From: Nitrospinales bacterium
GTDB taxonomy: Bacteria > Nitrospinota > Nitrospinia > Nitrospinales > VA-1
Direction of reading: 5' to 3'
Length of the DNA stretch: 64,000 nucleotides
NCBI GenBank assembly: GCA_965223345.1
Contig: CBDCWG010000012.1
Location: 1,760,001 to 1,824,000, forward strand
Numbering within the stretch: the first letter of the stretch is position 1; each line of letters begins with the position of its first letter. A program made the position numbers and the translations under genes. The notes under the pieces are model-generated. The model made no database searches. It was not told the DNA's origin and saw only the letters and a list, made by a program, of their open reading frames with translations. This document shows positions 32,129 to 42,039 of the stretch, in pieces.

Positions 32129-32131
32129 GAC

Positions 32132-34072
32132 TCAGTCGTATTTTCTCGGCCGGGGCGCAACCAGGGAGGTGTCCACCTTCTCGTAGGTTATTTCCGGCTG
32201 GTTGTTCTTGAATTCGGCGACGGAGGTGTTCAACCAGTTGCGGTTGTTTTCCTCGAACCGTTTGATGTAGTCCAGATGATCCGGCGGGATGTCCTGCTCG
32301 GCGGCCTCGCCGTAGTTTTTCTTTTCCACGTAATCGATGTACTCGTGCGGGTCGAATTTCTTGGGCTGGATCAGGTCGAATTCCGGTTTGTAGTGGGCGC
32401 CGCGGCATTCGTCGCGCATCAGCGCGCCGCGGGTGATGATCTTCGACAGCTGGATCATGCAGTGAAGCTGGTTGATGAAGCTGTGCGTCGGATTGGCCCA
32501 GTCGCTGCTGTCCACGCAGCGCACGTTGCTGAAGCGCGATTCGATCTCGTCGATGGCGTGGATGGTTTTTTCCAGGGTCTTGTTGTCGCGCACGATGAGC
32601 ACGTTCGCCATCATCAGATCGCCCAGTTCCTGGTGCAGCTGGTAGGGGTTTTCGCTGCCGTTCATTTTCTTGATGGTCGCGAAGCGGTCCACCCAGTAGG
32701 TGCGCGCTTCCTCAAAGACGTTGGAGGAAATGTCCTCGACCGCGTGGCTCAGGCTTTCGGTGTGGTTGAGGACGCCCGGCGCCATCATGAGACCGGTGTA
32801 GATGCAGCTCAAAAGCGAGTTGGCGCCCAGCCGGTTGGCCCCGTGGAACTGGTAGTCGGCCTCGCCGGCGGCGTAGAGCCCCTGGATGGAGGTCATCTGG
32901 TTTCTCGGCGAGGCGTGGTCGATCAGGCCGCGGTCGTCGGGCTGAAAGTCGGTCCACAGGCCGCCCATCGAATAATGCACGGCGGGAAAGATTTTCATCG
33001 GCACTTCGCGCGGATCGTCGCCGGTGAATTTTTTGTAGATGTCGATGATGCCGCCCAGCCGGTCGTCGAGGTAGGTCTTGGATTTGTGCGTGAGATCCAG
33101 ATAGACCATGGGCTCGCCGCCGATGCCGAGCTTCTGGTTGTAGACGATTTCGTAAATCTCGCGGGAGGCCACATCGCGCGGCACCAGGTTGCCGTATTGC
33201 GGGTATTTCTCCTCGAGAAAATAAGTGCGCTCGCCTTCGGGAATGGCCTGCGGCAGGCGGTTGTCGAAGCGTTTGCTGGGCACCCAGATGCGCCCGCCTT
33301 CGCCGCGCGCCGACTCGCTCATCAGGCGCAGCTTGTCCTGCCCGGGAATGGCGGTGGGGTGGATCTGGATGAACTCGGCGTTGGCGTATTTGGCTCCCTG
33401 CAGGTAGGCCATGGTGGCGGCGGCGCCGGTGTTCACGGTGGAGGCGGTGGAGCGCGCGTAGACCTGGCTGGGGCCGCCGGTGGCCAGGATCACCGCGTCG
33501 CCGGCGAGCGAGAAGATCTCGTTGGTGCGCAGGTCGTGGATGATCGCGCCGCGGCAGATGCCCTGGCTGTCGAGCACCGCTCCCAGGTATTCGTGCCATT
33601 CCATGGTCTGCACCAGCCCGTCGTGCTCGTGGCGGCGCACCTGCTCGTCCAGCGCGTACACCAGCTGCTGGCCGGTGGTGGCTCCGGCGAACGCGGTGCG
33701 GGAATACAGGGTGCCGCCGAAGCGGCGGAATTCGAGATGCCCTTCCTTGGTCCGGTTGAACGCGACGCCCATGCGATCCAGAAGGTGGATGATCGCCGGC
33801 GCCTGGTGGCACATGTCGCGCACCAGCGGCTGCTGGGCGAGGAAATCGCCGCCGCGGATGGTGTCGAAAAAATGCCGTTCCGGCGAATCGCCTTCGTCCT
33901 TGGCGTCCATGGCGGCGTTGATGCCCCCCTGGGCGCAGACCGAGTGGGACCGCTTGAGGGACTGGTAGGCGACGAGGATCACTTCCGCGTGCATTTCGCA
34001 GAGCTTCATGGCGGCGGACAGCCCCGCGAGCCCGCCTCCCACGACGATGATGCGTTTTCTGCGTTTGGACAT
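32132..34072 (-). CDS. sdhA: Succinate dehydrogenase/fumarate reductase flavoprotein
   Basis: GGGLAGL, RSHSVCAQGGIN, QIHPT, HYSMGG, HGANRLGANSL. Confidence 0.97.
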   Translation of the reverse strand: MSKRRKRIIVVGGGLAGLSAAMKLCEMHAEVILVAYQSLKRSHSVCAQGGINAAMDAKDEGDSPERHFFDTIRGGDFLAQQPLVRDMCHQAPAIIHLLDRMGVAFNRTKEGHLEFRRFGGTLYSRTAFAGATTGQQLVYALDEQVRRHEHDGLVQTMEWHEYLGAVLDSQGICRGAIIHDLRTNEIFSLAGDAVILATGGPSQVYARSTASTVNTGAAATMAYLQGAKYANAEFIQIHPTAIPGQDKLRLMSESARGEGGRIWVPSKRFDNRLPQAIPEGERTYFLEEKYPQYGNLVPRDVASREIYEIVYNQKLGIGGEPMVYLDLTHKSKTYLDDRLGGIIDIYKKFTGDDPREVPMKIFPAVHYSMGGLWTDFQPDDRGLIDHASPRNQMTSIQGLYAAGEADYQFHGANRLGANSLLSCIYTGLMMAPGVLNHTESLSHAVEDISSNVFEEARTYWVDRFATIKKMNGSENPYQLHQELGDLMMANVLIVRDNKTLEKTIHAIDEIESRFSNVRCVDSSDWANPTHSFINQLHCMIQLSKIITRGALMRDECRGAHYKPEFDLIQPKKFDPHEYIDYVEKKNYGEAAEQDIPPDHLDYIKRFEENNRNWLNTSVAEFKNNQPEITYEKVDTSLVAPRPRKYD

Positions 34073-34076
34073 GAAC

Positions 34077-34754
34077 TCAGCCTCCCTCGGTTGCGGTGAC
34101 CGGCACCGGGTCCAGTGAAAACTCCGCGACGGTGGCGAAGCCGAGCAGGATCAGCCCGAGCCCCACCAGGGTGAACAGGATGCTGGCGTTGCGCTGCGCG
34201 GTGCGGCCGAGGATGATGCCCCAGGACATGCAGAAGCTCCACAGGCCGTTGCCGAAATGAAACGCCGCTGCGGTGATGCCGATCATGTAGACGATGCGTC
34301 CGGTCCAGGTCCTGAACTCGTCGTTCATGATGTCGATCAGAAACGGCGCGGCCTCGAACCCGGTTTTGCCGTAGTACAGTTTGGGAGCGACCGTGGTGCC
34401 CATGTGGTAGATGAGAAAGACGAACACGATGGCGCCGGAGATCCTCTGCAAAAGGTACATCCAGTTGCGCGGGTAGCGGTAGCGCAGCACGTTGGGTTTG
34501 CCGGTGAAGGTGATGTAAAACCCGAGAAACGAATGTATGAGCAGAGGCAGATAGATGAAAAGAACCTCGATGGCAAACAGAAACGGCAGGTTGTTGATGA
34601 GATCGATGCTCAACTGATACTGCCAGGCGCCGACGGTGCGCAGGGAATTGACGGACAGATGAAACACCAGAAACACGCCGATCGGCACGATCCCGGTCAG
34701 GGAGTGGATCTTGAGCAGGAGAAAATGGATCTGGTCTTTTGTGCGTGTTTCCAT
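34077..34754 (-). CDS. sdhC: SDH cytochrome b558 subunit (single-anchor, Bacillus-like type)
   Basis: KIHSLTG, QRISG, FHFGNGLW; His ligands in TM helices. Confidence 0.92.
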   Translation of the reverse strand: METRTKDQIHFLLLKIHSLTGIVPIGVFLVFHLSVNSLRTVGAWQYQLSIDLINNLPFLFAIEVLFIYLPLLIHSFLGFYITFTGKPNVLRYRYPRNWMYLLQRISGAIVFVFLIYHMGTTVAPKLYYGKTGFEAAPFLIDIMNDEFRTWTGRIVYMIGITAAAFHFGNGLWSFCMSWGIILGRTAQRNASILFTLVGLGLILLGFATVAEFSLDPVPVTATEGG

Positions 34755-34925
34755 GATCCGCAGCGACCGGTCAACCCGCCCGGCGGGAACGGCCGCTTTC
34801 CGGATGGTTCCTTAGCAGAAGAAAGCGGTGACGGCACTTCCCGGGAGGGGTCGTCTGGCTTTGAATTGGGTTTTAACGTGAGAAATGCAAGAGGAATTCA
34901 GATTGCATCTGGATTCCGGTACCCA

Positions 34926-34946
34926 TTCATTTTGATTCAAAATGAA
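34926..34946. promoter_or_regulatory. Perfect palindrome upstream of sdhC (candidate operator)
   Basis: TTCATTTTGA-T-TCAAAATGAA. Confidence 0.5.
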
Positions 34947-35018
34947 CGCATAAACAAGGATATTCCTGATGCCGAATGGAATCGGCCGGCAGTGAGGAGC
35001 GCTTACGGGGGGCGGGAA

Positions 35019-35294
35019 TCAGAAATCGTATTCCAGCAGCGGGCGATCTTTGAAGCCAGGGTCGATCGGTTTGTCGTCTGGCCCGATCTTCAGGTTCTCC
35101 GGATTCTGCACGAACAGGTCCACGAATCCGCACTTGCCGCAGACCTTCGGTTGCAGGGGGACCTTTTTCTCAACGCCGTGGTCGCGGCGGACCACCATGA
35201 TGAGTTCCAGGTCCTTGCTGGTTCTTAAGCCGATATCGCCTTTGGCGATGCTGGTTTCTCCGCATTTCGAGCACACATCGGTGTCTTTTGTCAT
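35019..35294 (-). CDS. Small Zn-ribbon-like hypothetical protein
   Basis: CSKCG ... CGKCG. Confidence 0.75.
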   Translation of the reverse strand: MTKDTDVCSKCGETSIAKGDIGLRTSKDLELIMVVRRDHGVEKKVPLQPKVCGKCGFVDLFVQNPENLKIGPDDKPIDPGFKDRPLLEYDF

Positions 35295-35344
35295 GGGACT
35301 CGTCCTCAAAAAGAAAATACGGTTGAATGCAGGCAACACCGGAC

Positions 35345-35397
35345 AAAAAAAAACGCCTTTCTCCGTAGGGCATTATAGCATCCGCAGGAGAAAGGCG
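35345..35397 (-). terminator. Probable intrinsic terminator after the HU gene
   Basis: CGCCTTTCTCC/GGAGAAAGGCG stem followed by a T-run on the minus strand; long loop. Confidence 0.55.
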
Positions 35398-35413
35398 CGT
35401 TACAGAGTGACAA

Positions 35414-35794
35414 TTATTTCGTCATCGGCATCGACTGGGACACGCCGTGAACGGAGCTGTAGGTCCGGTCTTCTTTAACGCGCTTGGTGGGGCTGGAGGT
35501 GTCGCCGCCCTCGGAGTCGATTTTGTTGATCAGTTCCCTGAGCTCCTTGCCGGGATGAAATACGGGCTTTTTGCGCAAGGGCAGATAAAGCGGTTCGCCG
35601 GTGATGGGCTTTTTCGCCACCCGGGCTTTGTGCTCATTGATTCGGAAAGAGCCGAATCCCTGCACCACCACACGGCCCTCTTTTTCGAGGTTCTGCATGA
35701 TGGCGTCCAAAAAGGCGGTCAGGTACTTGTCCGCTTCCTTCTTGGAAACATTCATTCGCAAGGACAATTTCGTGGTCAAATCAGATCGGGTCAT
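35414..35794 (-). CDS. HU/IHF family DNA-binding protein with C-terminal tail
   Basis: MTRSDL, VQGFGSF, PITGE, PVFHPGKELRE. Confidence 0.9.
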   Translation of the reverse strand: MTRSDLTTKLSLRMNVSKKEADKYLTAFLDAIMQNLEKEGRVVVQGFGSFRINEHKARVAKKPITGEPLYLPLRKKPVFHPGKELRELINKIDSEGGDTSSPTKRVKEDRTYSSVHGVSQSMPMTK

Positions 35795-36280
35795 TTTTTT
35801 CCTGCCTCCCCCCCAAAAGTTGTGGTTTTCGTGGCTATGACCGATATGGAAAGCAAGAATCAGGCCAATTTCCTGGAAGCCGTGTAAATCTATATATTTC
35901 AAAATTTTAATGGGTTTCGATAAATCCCGGCCCTTCAACGGTTTCCAATTTTTGTCAACATTCTTGGACACTGTTGTACACAAATTTGACCGTTTTTTCG
36001 GTCTGCCAAAATACTGGATATTCCAGCGTTTCGCCTTCCGAACCGCGGCGGGTGCCGGAAACGGGGTAGCCGCAAAAGGCCCCCGAACGGGAGGGCAGGG
36101 GGTGGGGGAGGGGGCTGATTTCGCTCCGATTTGAGACTTTTCCCCTCCGAATTTTAATTGAATTAGGGCTTTATTTAGGCCTCAAGAATCCCGTAAAATG
36201 AACCGCCATTTTTACTTAGAAGCACCGGCAATGTGGCTGAATGGGGGACACCACCGACAGAACGGGGAGAAAGAAACGTG

Positions 36281-37957
36281 ATGAGGAAGAAATGGATACC
36301 GGGCGTGGCCGCGATCTTCCTTTTGGGGGTCGTGAGTTGGGGCGAAGCTTCGGCGGGCAAGGCCTCAGATGTCATATTTCAGGCTTTTCAGGAAGAGATG
36401 AGCCGGTCCCTTACGGATCTCAAGACGGAAGACTTTCCGGCTCCGTATTTCATCAATTACCAGATCCGGCACAACCACCACATTGAGGTTTCGGGCAGCC
36501 TGGGCGCCCTGGTCGATTCCAAAGACCAGGAAAAGCGCCACCTGTTCGTGGATGTGCGGGTGGGCAATCCCAAGTTCGACAGCTCCACGCCGGGCAGCCA
36601 CGATCACAACGTGCGACAGCTGGTTCCGCTCGACAACGACCTCAAATCCCTCAAGCGCGCGCTCTGGTACGAAACCGACATCCGCTACAAGCAGGCGGTG
36701 ATGAACCTCTTACGCAAAAAAGGCCGCCGGTTCAGCGGCGTGGAGACCTTCACGCTGGCCAATTTTTCCGCCGGCAACGGCCCGGCGGTGCGCATCGATG
36801 TGCCGCTGCCGGAACAGGTGGCCATCGCCCAATGGGAGGACACGGTGCGGCAGGTCTCCGGACGCTTCACCCGCTCCCCGGACATCGAAAAATCCAGCGT
36901 GCGCATCGTGTACGATCACAACCGGCGTTACTACCTCGATTCGGAAGGCAACCGCATCGAGGACGGCAAGCAGCATTATAAAATCGTCATGGAAACCTGG
37001 ATCAAATCCGACGCCGGTTCGCAGATCCACGACCAGGACACGGTTTATTTTTCCTCATCCGAAAACTTTCCCACCGTGGTGGAGCTCAACGAACGGGCCG
37101 ACCGCCTGATGGCGGAAACGCAGGCGCTCAAACACGCGCCGCGCATGGAGCCTTATGTGGGGCCCGCCCTCTTCAGCCCGGAAGCGGCGGCGGTGCTGTT
37201 CCACGAGGCGATCGGGCACCGGTTGGAAGGTGACCGGTTGCGCCTGTCGCACGACGGGAAAACCTTCGTGCGCAAGATCGGCCAGCAGATCCTGCCCTCG
37301 TTCGTGAGCGTGATCGACAACCCGAGACTGCAACGCTCCTCCGGCAAGGACCTTTTGGGGCATTACCTGTACGACGACCAGGGCCAGCAGAGCGAGGAAG
37401 TGGTGCTGGTGGACAAGGGCGTGCTGAAAAACTTCCTGCTTTCGCGCGCGCCGGTGGCGGGCTTCAACAAATCGAACGGGCACGGCCGCAGCGACGGGGT
37501 CAAGTTTCCCTTTTCCCGCATGGGCAACGTCATCGTGCATTCGGACAAGGTGAAGAGCCAGGACCAACTTAAGGAAAGCCTTTTGCAGGAAGTCCGCAGG
37601 CAGGGCAAACCCTACGGCCTGATGATCCGCAAGATGATCAGCGGCGAAACCCTCACCGACACCAAGCAGTTCCAGGTGTTCAAGGGAAAGCCGCTGTACC
37701 TCTATAAAGTCTATCCCGAAGATGGCCGCGAGGAACTGGTGCGCGGAGTGGAATTCGTCGGCACGCCGCTGGCCATGATCAGCAAGATCATCGCCACAGG
37801 CGACGACACGACCGTCACCAACGGGTTCTGCGTCGCCGAATCGGGAGCGGTGCCGGTCTCCAGCCAGACCCCGAGCATCCTGCTTTCGGAGGTGGAACTG
37901 CAGACTGCGCACGAAGTGCCGCTGAGAAAGCCGATCCTCAACCCGCCGCCCCTGTAA
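36281..37957 (+). CDS. TldD/PmbA family metalloprotease with signal peptide
   Basis: HEAIGHRLEG, YDDQG, SNGHGR, GFCVAESG. Confidence 0.88.
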   Translation: MRKKWIPGVAAIFLLGVVSWGEASAGKASDVIFQAFQEEMSRSLTDLKTEDFPAPYFINYQIRHNHHIEVSGSLGALVDSKDQEKRHLFVDVRVGNPKFDSSTPGSHDHNVRQLVPLDNDLKSLKRALWYETDIRYKQAVMNLLRKKGRRFSGVETFTLANFSAGNGPAVRIDVPLPEQVAIAQWEDTVRQVSGRFTRSPDIEKSSVRIVYDHNRRYYLDSEGNRIEDGKQHYKIVMETWIKSDAGSQIHDQDTVYFSSSENFPTVVELNERADRLMAETQALKHAPRMEPYVGPALFSPEAAAVLFHEAIGHRLEGDRLRLSHDGKTFVRKIGQQILPSFVSVIDNPRLQRSSGKDLLGHYLYDDQGQQSEEVVLVDKGVLKNFLLSRAPVAGFNKSNGHGRSDGVKFPFSRMGNVIVHSDKVKSQDQLKESLLQEVRRQGKPYGLMIRKMISGETLTDTKQFQVFKGKPLYLYKVYPEDGREELVRGVEFVGTPLAMISKIIATGDDTTVTNGFCVAESGAVPVSSQTPSILLSEVELQTAHEVPLRKPILNPPPL

Positions 37958-38109
37958 AATTACGGGTTTGCGGGACGACGGCGCTTTTGGAAGCGATCCG
38001 CAATAAAAAATGCCCCCGGCCTCTGGTGAACCGGGGCGTGTCGGCCTATATTGATCTTTACATACGGATGTCTCAAACCCTCTGATCCTCTCACCCACCC
38101 AAAAGGAGG

Positions 38110-38499
38110 ATGATCATGAGGGAGCGCACGGTTTTAATTTCGTTGTGGGTCGTGTTGGCGGTCGTGTTTTGCATTTCGAATCCAGCGGGCGCGGAAGTCC
38201 CTCCGGAAGACAAGCGGTTGACCAACGGCACGTTCATTCTGCATCCGGGGATGGCCGGCAGCTGCCAGAACGATTTCATCGTCGAGAATCTCAACGCCGA
38301 TCAGGCGGAGCTGACGGTGATCCTGGGCGAAGAAGAGTTTTTGAAGGACAGGATCGACGGGAAGAAAGCCAAGGCCTACGGGCTGCAGCACAACTTGGCC
38401 ACCGCCTTCATCCAGGGCAAACAAGTCCGGCCCGACGACGTCGCCACCGTTTTCAATGTGGGGGACAAATCCAACCTCCGTCTGCATTGCATGGAATGA
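38110..38499 (+). CDS. Hypothetical exported protein (two Cys in the mature part)
   Basis: AGGAGG RBS; signal peptide AGA-E. Confidence 0.75.
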   Translation: MIMRERTVLISLWVVLAVVFCISNPAGAEVPPEDKRLTNGTFILHPGMAGSCQNDFIVENLNADQAELTVILGEEEFLKDRIDGKKAKAYGLQHNLATAFIQGKQVRPDDVATVFNVGDKSNLRLHCME

Positions 38500-38540
38500 C
38501 CCGATCGCCCGCTGAACAGGGTCACCCGACCGTTTAACAA

Positions 38541-38574
38541 GCCGGGGGCGCGCCGCGCTCCCGGTATTTTTTTA
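38541..38574 (+). terminator. Intrinsic terminator
   Basis: CCGGGGGCGC/GCGCTCCCGG stem + T-run. Confidence 0.7.
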
Positions 38575-38602
38575 TCAGGACAGCCTCAGCGAGCCGCGCA
38601 CC

Positions 38603-39544
38603 ATGATGAACCGCATCGTCGTCTACCTCACCCACCCCTACGTGGACGCCTGGAACTTCAAGCCCGAGCACCGCGAGATCCTTCAGGAGGCGGCGCCGGG
38701 ACTGGACGTGGATGTGTGCTACAGCTCCGGCGAGTTTCTCGAACTGCTGCCGGAGGCGGAAGCGGTGGTGGTGTGGTATTTCAAAAAAGACTGGCTAGCC
38801 AAAGCGCCGATGCTTCGGCTGATCGCCACGCCGGCGGCAGGCCGGGACTGGATCGACGTGCAGGAGAGTGAAACGCTGACGATTTCCCACGGCGGCTTTC
38901 ACGGGCCGATGATGGCGGAATCGGTGGTGGGGGCGGTGTTTTATTTCCTCAAGGCGTTCAAGCAGAGCGCCGCGTTTCAGAAGCAAAGAAAATGGGCGGT
39001 GAAAAAGATCTCCGATCAGCTGGGCTCGCTGTATCAGGCGCAGGTCACGATCCTCGGATTCGGCAGGATCGGCCAGACCCTCGGCCGGGCGCTCAAACCG
39101 TTCGGCTGCCGCATCGCCGGCATCAAGCGGACGCCGATCGTGCCGCCGGATTATTTCACAGAAGGCGATGAAATTTTCACCGATCCCGACATCACCGATG
39201 TGCTGAGAGAGACGCAGCACCTCGTCATCGTGCTGCCCGGCGGTGCAGAGACCGACGGATTGCTGACGCGCGAGCATTTCCGCGCGCTGTCCGACACGGC
39301 GTATCTGTACAACGTGGGGCGCGGCAACCCTTACAAGGAAGACGATCTGGTGGCCGCACTCAAAAACGGCGAACTGGCGGGTGCGTATCTGGATGTGTTC
39401 AACCACGAACCCCTGCCGGAAACCTCGCAACTGTGGGAACGGGACAACGTGCTGATCCAGCCGCACCTGTCGGCGGCTTCACCGCAATACCTGGAGCTCT
39501 TCGCCCGCGAACTGGGCGCGAAGATCGCGTCGGGGAAACTCTAG
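38603..39544 (+). CDS. D-2-hydroxyacid dehydrogenase family protein
   Basis: GFGRIG, NVGRG, LDVFNHEPLP, QPHLS. Confidence 0.92.
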   Translation: MMNRIVVYLTHPYVDAWNFKPEHREILQEAAPGLDVDVCYSSGEFLELLPEAEAVVVWYFKKDWLAKAPMLRLIATPAAGRDWIDVQESETLTISHGGFHGPMMAESVVGAVFYFLKAFKQSAAFQKQRKWAVKKISDQLGSLYQAQVTILGFGRIGQTLGRALKPFGCRIAGIKRTPIVPPDYFTEGDEIFTDPDITDVLRETQHLVIVLPGGAETDGLLTREHFRALSDTAYLYNVGRGNPYKEDDLVAALKNGELAGAYLDVFNHEPLPETSQLWERDNVLIQPHLSAASPQYLELFARELGAKIASGKL

Positions 39545-39772
39545 AAAAAGAAAAAGCGGGACAGGATGACAGGATAAAATCTGAAAAGCAGCCTCGCGCA
39601 AAGACGCGAAGGCGCAAAGGAAAACGAAATAAAAAATCCCTCAAGCTACCTCCAGTTGTTTAATGAGTGAGTGTCGGGCTTAGCTCGACCTCCCCTGGAG
39701 GAAGGTCAAGCGAAGCTTGACACCCGTTTATCAAAAAAATTAAAGGTGACTTGAGGGCTGGGTGAGGGGGAG
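39545..39772 (+). repeat. Modular intergenic repeat block 2, with a 120-nt imperfect hairpin
   Basis: Shares modules with 22901-23102 and, inverted, with 42040-42295. Confidence 0.82.
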
Positions 39773-39789
39773 AAAAAATCCTTAAATGA

Positions 39790-40632
39790 TCAGATACCTT
39801 TGCCCTTTTGGGATCGTTTATATATTTTCCCATCATCCACATACGTAGTAAGGCGGTGATGTATATACCTAGATGCTCCACTCCTGTCACCAAATACTTG
39901 ATAATAGTTTTCATTCCATACCTTCACTTCTTCTAATGGATCCTTATAATCTTGTTCATATTCTAGGAAGTCGAATATTGCGCAAACACTTCTTTTCGAT
40001 AATTCAGAGCAAGGTGGTAGCGGAGCCACCTTGTCTATGGAAATTGAATGAGATTCCATTTTTTTCCAAACAGAAATGGCTACGTCATCAAGAGATTGTT
40101 CTCTACCCCAATCTTGAATTCCATAAAAAAACTGGGGCGGAAGTGGTTTTGATGAATGGGTAAAATGGTCATAATTGGATAGGGCCATAGAAAGTTCATT
40201 TCGAATTCGGAATTCATGAAGGAGGTATGCCCTTTGAACCTCTGGTAATTCAATGCTTTTGCCAAGCTTTCTCGACTCGACCAGGAAACGAGCTGCCCGA
40301 ATCCAAATTACCCTGTCATTATTTTTTTCGCATAATAATTTGTAAACCTCGTCAAGACCCTGAGTTGCCTGCTTAAAAAAGAATTCTGAAGTTGACCGCC
40401 TCATTTCCCTATTAAAAGTAAGTATGGCTATCAACGCGGCTGTGCTCAAAGTAAGAGCAGGTAAGTGTTTGAATGGCTTGCTTGGAGCCCAGCTATCGAT
40501 ATCTAAAACGTAACCAATCTTAGACGAAGAGTCTAAAAATGGGGCGAAGTTCACGCCTATGCTGACAAACAGTGTAATCACCACAATTATTGTCAACATG
40601 GGAATCAACACTCTATAGCGACTCGCTTTCAT
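39790..40632 (-). CDS. Hypothetical membrane-anchored protein (AT-rich)
   Basis: 280-aa ORF with two N-terminal hydrophobic segments; start coupled to the upstream stop (ATGA). Confidence 0.75.
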   Translation of the reverse strand: MKASRYRVLIPMLTIIVVITLFVSIGVNFAPFLDSSSKIGYVLDIDSWAPSKPFKHLPALTLSTAALIAILTFNREMRRSTSEFFFKQATQGLDEVYKLLCEKNNDRVIWIRAARFLVESRKLGKSIELPEVQRAYLLHEFRIRNELSMALSNYDHFTHSSKPLPPQFFYGIQDWGREQSLDDVAISVWKKMESHSISIDKVAPLPPCSELSKRSVCAIFDFLEYEQDYKDPLEEVKVWNENYYQVFGDRSGASRYIHHRLTTYVDDGKIYKRSQKGKGI

Positions 40633-40862
40633 CAGCGTGGATAAAATCCCTTTTCATTTCGCTCTGGAATTGGAATATTATTCTTTTTTAGGTGGGCAAT
40701 AAACTTCTCTTCGAGGTGTGGGGCAAAACCATCCCAATTGCCATTATAACAACCATCGCACAAGGTCATTTTATAATGACTGAGGTGTTTTCCTTCATAT
40801 ACATGTGGTCCGTACTGAAACTCACGGTTGCACAAATCACATTTCTCCAAAATATTTTTCAT
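40632..40862 (-). CDS. Small CxxC...CxxC protein (AT-rich)
   Basis: CDLC and CDGC motifs. Confidence 0.65.
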   Translation of the reverse strand: MKNILEKCDLCNREFQYGPHVYEGKHLSHYKMTLCDGCYNGNWDGFAPHLEEKFIAHLKKNNIPIPERNEKGFYPR

Positions 40863-40885
40863 AATTATTTTTCCCTTTGCCCATA

Positions 40886-41362
40886 CTAAAAATCTTCCAA
40901 CGCTTCTTTTCTTAGTTGTATTTTCCTCTCCGACTGAAGCTCATATTTCCTTTTGTCATAATAATGAAGCCACATGTTTCCATTCGTATGCTGCCTATAT
41001 GCTTCAATAACATCATGCTCAATCTCCCATTCCCAATCACTGACTTTGGGGGGTCTCCCCGTGCCGTATTTTTTTTGTAAAATATCTATCAAATCATTCC
41101 AGTGCCAGGATTTGATATCGAAATGTACACCCGCCAATAAATATTCACCCGACGCATTAGGCCAATAGTAAGCCTCAATATCTGCCTTGAAGCCTGCGAT
41201 AGTGCCAGTTCCATAGCACTTCATACCTCCTGAATCTGTTTTACAATTGGAGAGCCCTGTCTCTTTAGAATAAGGCTTCATTGACTCCATACCCTTTACT
41301 TTGAATCCGGATGTGGAAATAAGAAGAGAAATTCCAAAGAGGACAGGAATGATCCGGTGCAT
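40886..41362 (-). CDS. Hypothetical exported protein (AT-rich)
   Basis: AAAGGAGG RBS; signal-like N-terminus. Confidence 0.7.
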   Translation of the reverse strand: MHRIIPVLFGISLLISTSGFKVKGMESMKPYSKETGLSNCKTDSGGMKCYGTGTIAGFKADIEAYYWPNASGEYLLAGVHFDIKSWHWNDLIDILQKKYGTGRPPKVSDWEWEIEHDVIEAYRQHTNGNMWLHYYDKRKYELQSERKIQLRKEALEDF

Positions 41363-41474
41363 GGGCGGCTCCTTTCAGTCAGAGGTGACTTCGGTGAGCG
41401 AGGGTCTTTCCTTTTATATCGGAGGGATAAGTGAGGAAGTTGAATTATTGCTTATTTGTATTTATTGAGCGAAA

Positions 41475-42002
41475 TCACTCATACGTCCCCCGGATCGGAT
41501 AGTTTGTTTCCTGAATCCATTCGACGGTTTCGAGCAGTTCACTCAGGTCGTCGCGGTTGAACGGGGTGTTGGAGATGTCGATCAATTGCACCTTGCCTTC
41601 GGCGTTCACGGCGAACATCCCCGGCTCGGAAAACGGGCGGTCGGTTTCTTCCGGCGAGCGCGGATGCGAGATGTAGAGCCCCAGCTCCTGCATCTGTTCG
41701 ATGGTGAGTCCGTAGGCTACGGGAAAGCTGAGCTTGTTGTCCTCGACGATCTTGACGGCTTTCGCTTCCGGGTCGCCGGACACAGCGAGGATCTCCGCGT
41801 TTGTGCCGAGGAATTTGTCCTTCAGGGTTTCCAGTTTGGCGAGGTACTGGTTGCACACCGGGCAGTGCTGGCCGCGGTACGCGAACACCAACTGCCAGTT
41901 GCCTTCTTTTTGCGGTTTGCCCAGCGTCGCTTTCCCGCCTCCCACCAGAGGAAAGGTGAACTCGGGCAGGCGGCTGCCTGAGGAAAGTTTTGTCGTGGCC
42001 AT
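41475..42002 (-). CDS. Peroxiredoxin-like (AhpC/TSA) protein
   Basis: [16 protein letters not shown]. Confidence 0.88.
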   Translation of the reverse strand: MATTKLSSGSRLPEFTFPLVGGGKATLGKPQKEGNWQLVFAYRGQHCPVCNQYLAKLETLKDKFLGTNAEILAVSGDPEAKAVKIVEDNKLSFPVAYGLTIEQMQELGLYISHPRSPEETDRPFSEPGMFAVNAEGKVQLIDISNTPFNRDDLSELLETVEWIQETNYPIRGTYE

Positions 42003-42039
42003 ATTGATTTTCTCTCTAACGTCAGGAACTTATTTCTTT

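Noticed and set aside
31565..34099. 844-aa plus-strand ORF (likewise 5107-6867 -, 11166-13010 -, 11312-13159 +, 56314-58524 +, 58963-61008 +)
   Set aside because: Antisense or alternate-frame shadows of well-supported genes, expected in GC-rich DNA; no recognisable motifs
38005..38040. A-tract plus hairpin suggesting a minus-strand terminator or hidden sRNA after tldD
   Set aside because: Imperfect stem and no promoter or other evidence of a minus-strand transcript
39660..39914. Short ORFs over the repeat blocks (also 22703-23036 and 42073-42401)
   Set aside because: Low-complexity translations of repeat DNA overlapping real genes
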